NCBI GenBank assembly: GCA_035289925.1
Contig: DATDVR010000005.1
Coordinates: 112,916 to 176,915, forward strand
Direction: 5' to 3'
Length of the DNA stretch: 64,000 nt
Source: Candidatus Nanoarchaeia archaeon
Lineage (GTDB): Archaea; Nanobdellota; Nanobdellia; SCGC-AAA011-G17; DATDVL01
Part shown: positions 36,728 through 46,317 of the stretch, piece after piece
Numbering within the stretch: position 1 is the stretch's first letter
Layout of the letters: every line of letters begins with the position of its first letter
Translations under genes and position numbers: made by a program
The notes under the pieces: model-generated
What the model saw: the letters and a program-made list of their open reading frames with translations, nothing else
What the model was told of the DNA's origin: nothing
The model's database searches: none

Positions 36728-38029
36728 ATGAAAGAAGAATTTTCAGCTGAAAATGTTGAAATAAAAACCAAAGACAAGGAATTTATCGGGATATTGTTGC
36801 CTTCATCTAAGAAAGATACAGTTTTTTTGAAGCTTGATTCTGGATATAACATAGGGATTGAGAAGAAGAACATCAAGAGCATGAAAAGGATAAAGAAGGT
36901 TGAAAGCGAGAAGAAAGTGCTAGGCAAGCTAGAAGTTAACAAAAACTTACCTACTATTGCCATATTACATACTGGAGGTACTGTAGCTTCTGAAGTTGAT
37001 TACAAGACTGGTGCTGTAAGTCCAAGATTTACTCCTGAGGAGATTATAGCAAAGTTTCCAGAGCTAAAGAATATGGCCAACATAAGATCCAAGCTAATTG
37101 CAAACATGTTCTCTGAAGACATAAGGTTTAGCCATTACAACAAGATAGCCAAGGAAATTGAAAATGAAGTTAAAGCAGGTGTTGAAGGGATAATAATAAG
37201 CCATGGAACTGACACGTTACATTATACTGCAGCTGCACTAAGCTTCATGCTTCAAGATCTAGGAATTCCAGTTATATTGGTGGGAGCTCAAAGAAGCTCT
37301 GACAGAGGAAGTTCAGATGCTTTCCTGAATCTTGTAAGTGCCGCCTTATTCATCACTAAATCAGACTTTGCTGGTGTTGGAATATGCATGCATTCTTCAA
37401 TGGATGACAATAATTGTGTAATACTGCCAGGATTGAAATCTAGAAAGATGCACTCTTCAAGAAGGGATGCATTCAAAGCAATAAACTCAAATCCAATTGC
37501 AAGAGTAAACTACAAAAAAGACTTAATTGAGTTCTTGACACATGACCATAAAAAATCTAGCAAGGACTTGAAGCTAAAAGTTAGATTATTCAATGAAAAA
37601 CTTAAAATTGGAATAGTAAAGGCACATCCAAACATGTATGCTTCTGAACTAAAATCTTATTCAAGCTTCAATGGATTAATACTAGAAGGAACTGGATTGG
37701 GACATCTGCCAGTAAACAAACTAGACAAAGAAACTACAGAACATGATAAAATATTGAAAGAAATTTCTAAATTAGCAAAGAAAATGCCTGTTGTAATGGC
37801 TACGCAGACTATTTTTGGAAGAGTCAACATGAATGTCTATTCAACTGGAAGAAAATTATTAGAAGCGGGGGTTTTAGGGAATTATTCAGACATGACAACA
37901 GAAACTGCCTTCATAAAGCTAGCTTACTTATTATCTAACTACAAGAAAGATGAAATTAAAAGATTGATGAATGAGAACTTGCATGGAGAAATCTCAAAAA
38001 GGATAATAGGCGAGGAAGAATTTCTATGA
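36728..38029 (+). CDS. gatD: Glutamyl-tRNA(Gln) amidotransferase subunit D
   Basis: KLDSGYNIG, TGGTVAS..DYKTG, HGTDTL, GAQRSSDRGSSD, KMHSSRRDAF. Confidence 0.97.
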   Translation: MKEEFSAENVEIKTKDKEFIGILLPSSKKDTVFLKLDSGYNIGIEKKNIKSMKRIKKVESEKKVLGKLEVNKNLPTIAILHTGGTVASEVDYKTGAVSPRFTPEEIIAKFPELKNMANIRSKLIANMFSEDIRFSHYNKIAKEIENEVKAGVEGIIISHGTDTLHYTAAALSFMLQDLGIPVILVGAQRSSDRGSSDAFLNLVSAALFITKSDFAGVGICMHSSMDDNNCVILPGLKSRKMHSSRRDAFKAINSNPIARVNYKKDLIEFLTHDHKKSSKDLKLKVRLFNEKLKIGIVKAHPNMYASELKSYSSFNGLILEGTGLGHLPVNKLDKETTEHDKILKEISKLAKKMPVVMATQTIFGRVNMNVYSTGRKLLEAGVLGNYSDMTTETAFIKLAYLLSNYKKDEIKRLMNENLHGEISKRIIGEEEFL

Positions 38030-38075
38030 AAAACATAATGTTTATATACTAGTAAATCCTTATATATCTTGGTGA

Positions 38076-38291
38076 TTACATATTCAAATAATTTACAGCA
38101 AGCATGCTTTAGAGAAGATGGATGGATATGGACTTGAAGTAGAAGAAGTAGACAAGATAATTCAAAGCGGAATGAAATGGAAAGAAGAAAATACAGAAAA
38201 ATGGCATGCCCAAATGGCAGGCATAGAAGGTGTTTTTATAAAAGAAAAGGATTTAATATTTATAATAACTGTGTATAAGGAGGGAAAATGA
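38076..38291 (+). CDS. DUF4258-like putative toxin, lacking a standard start before its conserved motif
   Basis: Frame reads LHIQIIYSKHALEKMDGYG...LIFIITVYKEGK; in-frame TGA at 38073-38075, first ATG at 38118; ATGA overlap with the next gene; not in the track. Confidence 0.6.
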   Translation, partial: LHIQIIYSKHALEKMDGYGLEVEEVDKIIQSGMKWKEENTEKWHAQMAGIEGVFIKEKDLIFIITVYKEGK

Positions 38292-38617
38292 AATGTATAA
38301 TGTGTAACAAGGGAGAATTAAAAGAAAAGAGTATAGATTACAAAGAGTTTGGAGTTTCATTAGGAAATTTCAAGGGAAATATTTGCAACAACTGCAACGA
38401 AATCTTCTTTGACAGCAAAACTGCAAAATTAATACAGGCAAAGTCAAAAGAATTAGGATTGTTTGGACTGACAAGGAAAACTAAGGTAGCGCAAGTTGGA
38501 AATAGCTTAGCAATAAGGATACCTAAAGAGATTGCTGATTTTGTTAAGCTGAAGAAAGAGGAAGAAGTAAAAATAGTGCCAAAAAACAAGCATGAAATAA
38601 CCATTGAATTCGCGTGA
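38288..38617 (+). CDS. YgiT/MqsA-type zinc finger fused to an AbrB/MazE domain (putative antitoxin)
   Basis: MKCIMC...CNNCNE.FF and QVGNSLAIRIPKEI. Confidence 0.85.
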   Translation: MKCIMCNKGELKEKSIDYKEFGVSLGNFKGNICNNCNEIFFDSKTAKLIQAKSKELGLFGLTRKTKVAQVGNSLAIRIPKEIADFVKLKKEEEVKIVPKNKHEITIEFA

Positions 38618-38624
38618 GATTAGA

Positions 38625-40043
38625 ATGAACTATAATGAACTTGGATTCAAATGCGGATTGGAATGCCATCAGCAGTTAGAAGGAAGAAAATTATTCTGTC
38701 ATTGTCCTACTTTAGTAAATGACGATAGTAAACCTGATTTAGTAATCAAAAGAAAATTAAGAACTACTGCAGGTGAAATGGGTAAGATAGATGAAACTGC
38801 TAAGTTTGAAATGAAAAGAGATAGAAGATTCATTTATGAAGCTTGTTCTACTTCTAGTTGTTTGATTGAGCTGGATGAAGAACCTCCATTAGAGGTAAAT
38901 AAAGAAGCTTTAGAAACTGCATTACAAGTTGCTTTATTGACGAATTCTAAGATTGTTGATGAAATACAATTTATGAGAAAAACTGTTATAGATGGAAGCA
39001 ATGTTTCGGGATTTCAGAGGACAGCGTTAATTGCAGTTGATGGAGAGATTAAAACTTCTAAAGGAATAGTAAAAATACCAACAATTTGCTTGGAAGAAGA
39101 AAGTGCAAAAAAGATAACTGAGAATGAGAATGAAGTTTATTACAGATTAGATAGATTAGGAGTGCCATTAATTGAAATTGCTACTGATGCAAGCTTAAAA
39201 GATTCAGAACACGCTAAAGAAGCTGCAGCAATAATTGGGATGATATTAAGGAGTACTGGAAAGGCGAGGCGTGGTTTAGGCAGCATACGTCAAGATGTTA
39301 ATATAAGCATAAAAGGACATCCAAGAGTTGAGCTCAAAGGATTTCAAGATTTAAGAAGCATTCCTATAACTGTTGAGAATGAAGTTAAAAGACAATTAGA
39401 AAATTTAAAGAAGAAAGAATTGAAAAGTGAAGTAAGAAAAGTAAATCCTGATTTTACCTCTACATTTTTAAGACCTATGCCTGGCGCATCACGTATGTAT
39501 GTAGAAACTGATACCAAAACTATAAAGATTACAAAAGAAATAACTTCTAAAATCAAGATTCCTGAATTATTGACTGAAAAAGCAATCAAACTAGAGAAAA
39601 AGTATAAATTGAATCCTGATTTGGCAAGGGAGGTTATTGAAGTTCCTTACTTTGAAGAATTTGCTTCTAAGTTTAGAATTGAACCAAACTACATTGCGCA
39701 AGTTTTAGTTGAGATTCCTAAAGAATTAAAGTCAAGATTCAATGTTGAAAGCTACAATTTGAAACAGACAGACTTTTACTTTGTTTTGAATGCATTGAGT
39801 GAAGGTAAAATTTCTAAAAGCGCTGTTCTAGATATATTAAAAGAACTGGCACAGGGAAAGAAGGTTGTATTGAATAATTACAAGGTTGTAGATGACAAGC
39901 AGTTAGAGAACCATATCAAGGAAATATTAAAGAAAAATCCTGGAGCTCCTTTCAATGCTTTGATGGGAGAGGTAATGAAGCAGCTCAAAGGAAAAGTTGA
40001 TGGAAAGAAAGCATCTGAATTGATAAAGAAATTATTGAAATAA
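38625..40043 (+). CDS. gatE: Glutamyl-tRNA(Gln) amidotransferase subunit E (short form)
   Basis: KCGLECHQQL, DEEPP, MRKTVIDGSNVSGFQRT, RGLGSIRQD, RPMPGASRMY.ETD; start revised to MNYNE. Confidence 0.96.
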   Translation: MNYNELGFKCGLECHQQLEGRKLFCHCPTLVNDDSKPDLVIKRKLRTTAGEMGKIDETAKFEMKRDRRFIYEACSTSSCLIELDEEPPLEVNKEALETALQVALLTNSKIVDEIQFMRKTVIDGSNVSGFQRTALIAVDGEIKTSKGIVKIPTICLEEESAKKITENENEVYYRLDRLGVPLIEIATDASLKDSEHAKEAAAIIGMILRSTGKARRGLGSIRQDVNISIKGHPRVELKGFQDLRSIPITVENEVKRQLENLKKKELKSEVRKVNPDFTSTFLRPMPGASRMYVETDTKTIKITKEITSKIKIPELLTEKAIKLEKKYKLNPDLAREVIEVPYFEEFASKFRIEPNYIAQVLVEIPKELKSRFNVESYNLKQTDFYFVLNALSEGKISKSAVLDILKELAQGKKVVLNNYKVVDDKQLENHIKEILKKNPGAPFNALMGEVMKQLKGKVDGKKASELIKKLLK

Positions 40044-40078
40044 TAAAGTTTATATAAGGAATTAAAGGAACTAACACT

Positions 40079-41830
40079 ATGATTAGAACTCATAATTGTG
40101 GCGAGCTAACAGGAAAACATATTGGAAAACCAGTAGTTTTACAAGGATGGGTTCATAAAAAAAGAGATCATGGTGGGCTTATATTTGTAGATATTAGGGA
40201 CAGGTATGGAATTACGCAGGTAGTATTTGAACCTAAAGACCAAAAAATATTCAAGCAAGCTCATTCGCTAGGCAGAGAATGGGTAATTGAAATTGATGGA
40301 AAAGTAAGGAAAAGACCAAAAGGAACAGAAAATAAAGAAAGACTAACGGGGGAAATTGAAGTAGAAGCAAGCAAATTAAAAATATTAAGCAAATCCGAAG
40401 TCCCTCCAATAGAAATTGATGATAATTTACAGACCTCTGAAGATGTAAGACTAAAATACAGGTATCTTGATCTAAGAAGACCAGTGATGCAGAAAAACTT
40501 AATTTTAAGAAATGAGATAATAAAGATAACAAGAGAATTTTTTCATAATAATGGCTTTCTAGAAATTGAAACTCCAATCCTTGTAAAGTCAACGCCTGAG
40601 GGAGCAAGAGATTACTTAGTTCCTTCAAGAGTCCATCCTGGAAAATTTTACGCCTTGCCACAATCACCGCAGATGTATAAACAATTATGCATGATAGCGG
40701 GATTGGACAAATATTTTCAGATAGCAAGATGTTTCAGAGATGAAGACTTAAGGGCAGATAGACAGCCAGAATTCACACAACTAGATGTAGAAATGAGCTT
40801 TGTTGATAAAGAAGATGTTTTTGATGTAGTAGAAAGATGGTTGAAAGAACTTTTCAAAAAAGTAATGAAAAAAGACATAAAAATTCCATTCAATAGAATT
40901 TCTCATAAAGAATGCATGGAAAAATATGGATGCGACAAACCAGACTTAAGATTTGGGTTAGAATTGCATAATGTAAGTAAAATAGTTTCAAAGTCTCAAT
41001 TTAAAGTATTCAATCAAGAATTGGTTGTAGCCTTGCCAGTTGCAAAAGATTTTACAAGAAATGAAATAGAAGAACTCACAGAATTTTCTATGCAGCTTGG
41101 AGCCAAGGGATTGACATGGATAAAGTACAAAGATGGCAAAATAGAGTCATCAATTGCTAAATATCTTTCAGAAAAAGAAAAGACCGAACTTATAAAAGAG
41201 CTAAAGCTGAAAGATGGTTATACTGTATTTTTTGTAGGAGATAGGAAAAAAGTTGTTTATGATGTTTTGTCTAAATTGAGAGTTGAGATTGGAAAAAGAT
41301 TAAACTTAATAAAGAAAGATCAGTTTGAATTTTCTTGGGTTTTAGATTTTCCATTATTTGCTTGGAGTGAGGAAGATAATGGATTCACTCCAGAACATCA
41401 TCCATTCACAGGTATACATGATGATGATGTTCATCTTCTTGATGACAAGAAAAGATTAGGGGAAATCAGATCTAAATCTTACGACTTGGTACTTAATGGT
41501 ACTGAATTATGCTCAGGTTCTATAAGGATACATGATAGCGAAGTCCAAAAGAAAATATTTGACTTGATAGGAATAAGCGAGGAAGATGCAAAGAAAAGAT
41601 TTGGATTCTTTGTTGAAGCCTTAAAATATGGAACGCCACCACATGGTGGAATAGCCCCTGGAATAGACAGACTTGTTATGCTTTTAGCTCGTCAAGAGTC
41701 TATAAGAGATGTAATTGCATTTCCAAAAAACAAATTTGCTGAAGCTACAATGGAAGATTCTCCTTCAGATGTGCCTGACAAGCAACTAAAAGAGTTAAAT
41801 ATAAAGTTAGATTTGCAAAAAAAGAATTAA
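40079..41830 (+). CDS. aspS: Aspartyl-tRNA synthetase, bacterial type, probably non-discriminating
   Basis: MIRTHNCGEL, RDHGG, TPEGARDYLVPSR, FYALPQSPQ, FRDEDLRADRQPEFTQ, GAD insert, PPHGG; 583 aa. Confidence 0.95.
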   Translation: MIRTHNCGELTGKHIGKPVVLQGWVHKKRDHGGLIFVDIRDRYGITQVVFEPKDQKIFKQAHSLGREWVIEIDGKVRKRPKGTENKERLTGEIEVEASKLKILSKSEVPPIEIDDNLQTSEDVRLKYRYLDLRRPVMQKNLILRNEIIKITREFFHNNGFLEIETPILVKSTPEGARDYLVPSRVHPGKFYALPQSPQMYKQLCMIAGLDKYFQIARCFRDEDLRADRQPEFTQLDVEMSFVDKEDVFDVVERWLKELFKKVMKKDIKIPFNRISHKECMEKYGCDKPDLRFGLELHNVSKIVSKSQFKVFNQELVVALPVAKDFTRNEIEELTEFSMQLGAKGLTWIKYKDGKIESSIAKYLSEKEKTELIKELKLKDGYTVFFVGDRKKVVYDVLSKLRVEIGKRLNLIKKDQFEFSWVLDFPLFAWSEEDNGFTPEHHPFTGIHDDDVHLLDDKKRLGEIRSKSYDLVLNGTELCSGSIRIHDSEVQKKIFDLIGISEEDAKKRFGFFVEALKYGTPPHGGIAPGIDRLVMLLARQESIRDVIAFPKNKFAEATMEDSPSDVPDKQLKELNIKLDLQKKN

Positions 41831-41878
41831 CTTTTCATAAGCTTTATATATAAGTAACCACTTCTCAAAGGTATCAAA

Positions 41879-42100
41879 ATGGAAAGAACACTAATTGACC
41901 AACTGCATGAGAAAAATGGTAATGAAGTTCAATTATACGGTTCTGTTTCAAAGGTTAGAGATTTAGGCAAAGTCGCTTTCTTGGTTTTTAGAGACAGAAA
42001 AGGAGTTACTCAAGTAGTTATTGACAAAAATAAGATACGAAAAACTCCCGTTGTAGGAAGCTTCTTGAAACTTGAAGGCATTGTCAACCATGATTCAAAA
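41879..42100 (+). pseudogene. N-terminal OB-fold fragment of an archaeal-type Asp/Asn-tRNA synthetase
   Basis: MERTLI...VQLYG.V.KVRDLGKVAF..FRDRKG.TQVV; homology ends near 42090-42100. Confidence 0.75.
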
Positions 42101-42811
42101 TCCTCCCATACCTGTTGTGATCACTGGGTCCCAAAGAACATTTCATGATAAAGACTCAGATGCAAAAAATAACTTCTTAGATGCACTCACCGTTGCTGCA
42201 AGATGGAGATTACCTGGATTTTATATTGTTTTTAAAGAAAGAATTATTCAAGGAGAATACGCAAGCAAGGCTTCAACAACTTCACTTGACGCTTTTAGAA
42301 GTGTGAATCACCAGGATGCAGGATATATTAATCAACATAAGCAATATATCCATTATACAAACATTAAAAGAACAACAAACCCTAATACCAAATTTGTTCT
42401 TCAAACAAAAATCGACAATGCAGTCAAAGTTGAACACCTTGTACCTGGATACGAACTAAATGGCTTGACAATATTATTGAAGACGAGAACATTCATGGGG
42501 TCGTAATTGAATGTTTTGGGCTTGGGGGTATACCTAGCAGGGTTGATGAAATTGCCAAAAGAGGATTAATGGAAGTGATTTTAAGAAATAGTGGAGATAA
42601 AAAGAAAGAAAAGCCTATTGTTGTAAGAACTCAATGTCCTGAAGGATTGACGGATCTTGGAGAATATGAAGTTGGAAATTGGGCCAAAATTGAAGGGCTT
42701 ATATCTGTAGATGATATGACTTTAGAGAAAGCTACTTTTAGACTGAAATGGTTGCTTGGGCAAGGTTATGATACTAGTACAATAAGGAGAAAGTGGAATC
42801 CTAGGTATTAA
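42090..42811 (+). pseudogene. 5'-truncated, frameshifted type I L-asparaginase
   Basis: PVVITGSQ, SDAKNN, K.STTSLDAF.S; frameshift near 42460 into HGVVIECFGLGG...TQCPEG...YEVG...DMTLE.A...L.WLLG; the N-terminal TGGT and HGTDT motifs are absent. Confidence 0.8.
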
Positions 42812-42854
42812 TAGCAACATTTAAAAATATAAACGCGTGTTCTAAAATATCTTT

Positions 42855-43088
42855 TTGGTGATTATTGTGGATGAGAAACAGATAGAAAAGCAAGCAAAGG
42901 AAATAATGGACAATTTCTTCTCAGTACTTTCTAAAGTCAAAGAAATTGAAAAAGAAGAGAAAGGAGAAGAAGCAATAAGGGATGCAAAGATTGAAAAATC
43001 AAATGAAGAATTTAGGAGCCTTTTTTTTAACATAGCAGTTAAAAAAGATGGAGACTTCTTTATTGCAGAAAAAGCAAAATGGAAATAA
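42855..43088 (+). CDS. gatC: Asp-tRNA(Asn)/Glu-tRNA(Gln) amidotransferase subunit C
   Basis: Size, R..FF..A....GDF..AEK ending, and overlap with gatA. Confidence 0.75.
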   Translation: MVIIVDEKQIEKQAKEIMDNFFSVLSKVKEIEKEEKGEEAIRDAKIEKSNEEFRSLFFNIAVKKDGDFFIAEKAKWK

Positions 43089-44434
43089 TAGAAAAAATAA
43101 ATAAACTAAAGGAAGGAACCCTTACCCCTGTAGAGAATATAAGACAATTTATTGATAAAATAAAAAAAGAAGATAAAAAAATAAACTCATTTTTACATAT
43201 AAATGAAAATGTATTAAAGGAAGCAGAGCAAATTCAGAAAAATAATTTTAAAGGTCCACTGTATGGGTTGGCAATTGCCGTCAAATCCAATATAAATGTC
43301 AAGGGATTGAAAACTAACTGCGCTTCTAAGACATTGAACGGATATATCTCAACATATGATGCTGATGTAATAAAAAAAATAAGACAAGCTGGTGGGATAA
43401 TAATAGGAATGACAAATTGCGACGAATTTGCTTCAGGTTCTTCAGGAGAGAATTCTGCATTCGGTCCAACACAAAATCCAGCAGCATATGGAAAAATACC
43501 TGGAGGTTCATCATCTGGAAGTGCTGCGGCGGTTGCAGCAGGATTCTGTGATTTAAGCATTGGATCAGATACTGGAGGAAGTGTAAGAAACCCAGCTTCA
43601 CATTGCGGGATTATTGGGGTAAAGCCTAGTTATGGTCTAGTTTCAAGATATGGATTAATAGACTTAAGTATGAGCCTTGACCAGATAGGTCCTTTTTCAA
43701 AAGAAGTTTATGGTTCAGCTTTGCTCTTAGATGTAATAAAGGGAAAAAGTGACTATGACGCTACAACAATTGAATCAAAAGATTCACATTCAAAAAAAAT
43801 TAATGATGCCAAAAAATTAACTATTGGTGTAAGCAGCGACCTGATTAAGTTGTGTAAAGACAAAGATATAATAAAGATATTTGAAAACAAAATAAAAATA
43901 TTAAAAAAAATGGGTTTTAAAATAAAAGAAGTAAAATTAGAACACACAAACTTGGCAGTCCAAGCTTATTATATATTGGTATACGTTGAATTTTTCTCAG
44001 GAACAAGAAAGTTTGATGGAAGAAAATACGGGTTAAAGATTGAAGAAAGCTGTGGAGAAGAAGTTCTCAGAAGAATTGTTGGAGGAAAAGTAATAACAAA
44101 AGCAGAATATAAAGGAGCTTATTACAAAAAAGCTTTAGCAACTAAAGAACTCATAAGAAAAGATTTTATGAAAGCATTCAATGAAGTTGATGTAATCTTG
44201 TGTCCCACAGTTCCAAAATTGCCCCATAAGATAGGTGAGAAAATAGGAATTGAGGAGATGTATGCTTATGATGCCCTCACTATCCCCGCAAATCTAGCAG
44301 GTATATGCGCTGGGTCAATAAAAGCAGGAGAAATTGATAAAATCCCTATTGGGATACAAGTTCTTGCTGCACCATTTGATGAAATAAAAATGTTTAAAAT
44401 AATGAAGGTACTTGAAGATGAAAATAGGGCTTGA
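43079..44434 (+). CDS. gatA: Asp-tRNA(Asn)/Glu-tRNA(Gln) amidotransferase subunit A
   Basis: Amidase signature AVKSNI, PGGSSSGS, GSDTGGSVRNPA, VSRYGL. Confidence 0.95.
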   Translation: MEIIEKINKLKEGTLTPVENIRQFIDKIKKEDKKINSFLHINENVLKEAEQIQKNNFKGPLYGLAIAVKSNINVKGLKTNCASKTLNGYISTYDADVIKKIRQAGGIIIGMTNCDEFASGSSGENSAFGPTQNPAAYGKIPGGSSSGSAAAVAAGFCDLSIGSDTGGSVRNPASHCGIIGVKPSYGLVSRYGLIDLSMSLDQIGPFSKEVYGSALLLDVIKGKSDYDATTIESKDSHSKKINDAKKLTIGVSSDLIKLCKDKDIIKIFENKIKILKKMGFKIKEVKLEHTNLAVQAYYILVYVEFFSGTRKFDGRKYGLKIEESCGEEVLRRIVGGKVITKAEYKGAYYKKALATKELIRKDFMKAFNEVDVILCPTVPKLPHKIGEKIGIEEMYAYDALTIPANLAGICAGSIKAGEIDKIPIGIQVLAAPFDEIKMFKIMKVLEDENRA

Positions 44435-45788
44435 GATCCACACTTATCTAAATATGGAGAAAAGCAAGGCAAAACTTTTTTGCAACTGTCCAGCAGAAAA
44501 CATAGAATCAACACCAAACACAAATATCTGCCCTATTTGTACAGGAATGCCGGGATCAAAACCCATGCTCCCAAATAGAGAGGCTTTGGAAAAAGTCATA
44601 GCAATAGCTTCTATGCTAAAATGTAAGATAAATAAAAGTTTAATAATACAAAGAAAGCATTATTCATGGCCAGACTTACCTAACGGATATCAAAAAACTA
44701 TGTCTGGTCCAAGCGTATTGCCTGTAGGAATAAATGGTGAACTAAAAGGCATAAAAATTTGGGGTGTTCATCTTGAAGAAGATCCTGCAAAATGGGATCC
44801 TGAGACAGGAAGGGTAAACTACAATAGGTCTGGACTTCCTTTAGCCGAAATTGTTACAGCTCCGGATTTGAAATCTGCTGAAGAAGCAAAAGAATGGTTG
44901 AGAAGCTTAGTTGTATTGCTAAGCTACATAAAAGCCACTTCTAGAAATGTTTCTATTAAAGCTGATGTAAATATAAATGTTGAAGGACATCCAAGAGTTG
45001 AAGTAAAAAACATAAATTCATTTAAGAACATTTGTTTAGCAATTGATTATGAAGTAAAAAGACAAAACAATTCAGTAAAAAATAAAGAAGAATTGATACA
45101 GGAAACAAGAGGTTTTGATGAAGATAAAAATATTACTTTTCACATGAGATACAAAGAAAGTGCAGAAGACTATAGATTTATACCAGAGCCAGACTTGCCA
45201 ATAATTTTCTTAAAAGACAAAACAATAAAAGACATTCAAGACAAGTTACCAAAGACGCCAGAGGAAAAAATAGCTAAATACAAACAAAAATACAAGCTTA
45301 CCAACGTTCAATCAACAACTTTAGCTTCTGAGCTTATATTAGCAGACATATTTGATGAAGTAATAAAAAAAGTAAACCCTTCATTAGCTGCAAACTGGAT
45401 TACTATGGACTTATTAAAACTATTTAAAGAGCAAGAGCCAGAACAATTTGATATTGATGTTCGGGAATTCACAAAAATATTAGAGTTGCTTGACAAAAAA
45501 AAGATAACTGATAAAGTTACTAAAGACATGGTAAGGAAATTACTTTGGAAAAAAATAAGTGTTAAAGATTATCAAAAGAAATTTGGCATTGAAAAAGTTA
45601 GTGATGCAAAAGTTCTTGAACCTTTATGCATCGATGTAATAAAAGCAAATCCAAAGGCTGTTGAAGACTACAAAAAGGGTAAAAAAGAGGCTTTCAATAG
45701 TTTGATGGGGCAAGTTATGGAAAAAACAAAAGGCAAAGCATCTTATGAAGAAGTGATAAAAATAATTAACAAATTACTTAAAAAATGA
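44418..45788 (+). CDS. gatB: Asp-tRNA(Asn)/Glu-tRNA(Gln) amidotransferase subunit B
   Basis: IGLEIH, CPICTGMPG, RKHY.WPDLP.GYQ, NRSG.PL.EIVT, VEVKN, DYRF.PEPDLP. Confidence 0.96.
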   Translation: MKIGLEIHTYLNMEKSKAKLFCNCPAENIESTPNTNICPICTGMPGSKPMLPNREALEKVIAIASMLKCKINKSLIIQRKHYSWPDLPNGYQKTMSGPSVLPVGINGELKGIKIWGVHLEEDPAKWDPETGRVNYNRSGLPLAEIVTAPDLKSAEEAKEWLRSLVVLLSYIKATSRNVSIKADVNINVEGHPRVEVKNINSFKNICLAIDYEVKRQNNSVKNKEELIQETRGFDEDKNITFHMRYKESAEDYRFIPEPDLPIIFLKDKTIKDIQDKLPKTPEEKIAKYKQKYKLTNVQSTTLASELILADIFDEVIKKVNPSLAANWITMDLLKLFKEQEPEQFDIDVREFTKILELLDKKKITDKVTKDMVRKLLWKKISVKDYQKKFGIEKVSDAKVLEPLCIDVIKANPKAVEDYKKGKKEAFNSLMGQVMEKTKGKASYEEVIKIINKLLKK

Positions 45789-46246
45789 ACGTAGTTGAAT
45801 CTATTAAAAGACTTCTTGAAAAAAATAACATTAATTACAAGTATTTTAAGCATGAACCAACTCCAACTTCAGAAATAGCTGCTAAAGTAAGGGGTGTTGA
45901 TTTAGCTAGTGGAGCAAAAGCAATGGTATTAAGATACAATGGAAATTTCTGCATGTGCGTTCTAAGAGCAACTGAAAAAATTGACTTCAAAAAAATGAAG
46001 AAAATATTAGATACTGGAAGCATAAGCTTTGCAACTGCGGAAGAAGTGAAAAAGGTAACTAACTGCATTCCAGGAGGTGTTCCTCCTTTTGGGAATCTAT
46101 TTAAAATTCCAGTTTATGCTGAAAAACAATTATTTAACAACGAGATAATAAACTTCAATGCTGGAACTCAAACTCAATCTATACAAATGAAGGCTGCAGA
46201 CTGGAAAAATGTAGTTAATCCAGTAGTTAAAGAGTTTGCGCAGTAA
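45785..46246 (+). CDS. YbaK/ProX family aminoacyl-tRNA deacylase
   Basis: GAKAMV, PGGVPPFG, FNAG motifs. Confidence 0.9.
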   Translation: MNVVESIKRLLEKNNINYKYFKHEPTPTSEIAAKVRGVDLASGAKAMVLRYNGNFCMCVLRATEKIDFKKMKKILDTGSISFATAEEVKKVTNCIPGGVPPFGNLFKIPVYAEKQLFNNEIINFNAGTQTQSIQMKAADWKNVVNPVVKEFAQ

Positions 46247-46317
46247 GATTTACTCCTTAACTGACATAAATTTTAAACCAAAATCTTTATTAAGCACTTC
46301 TTGTTTTTAATCAGATT

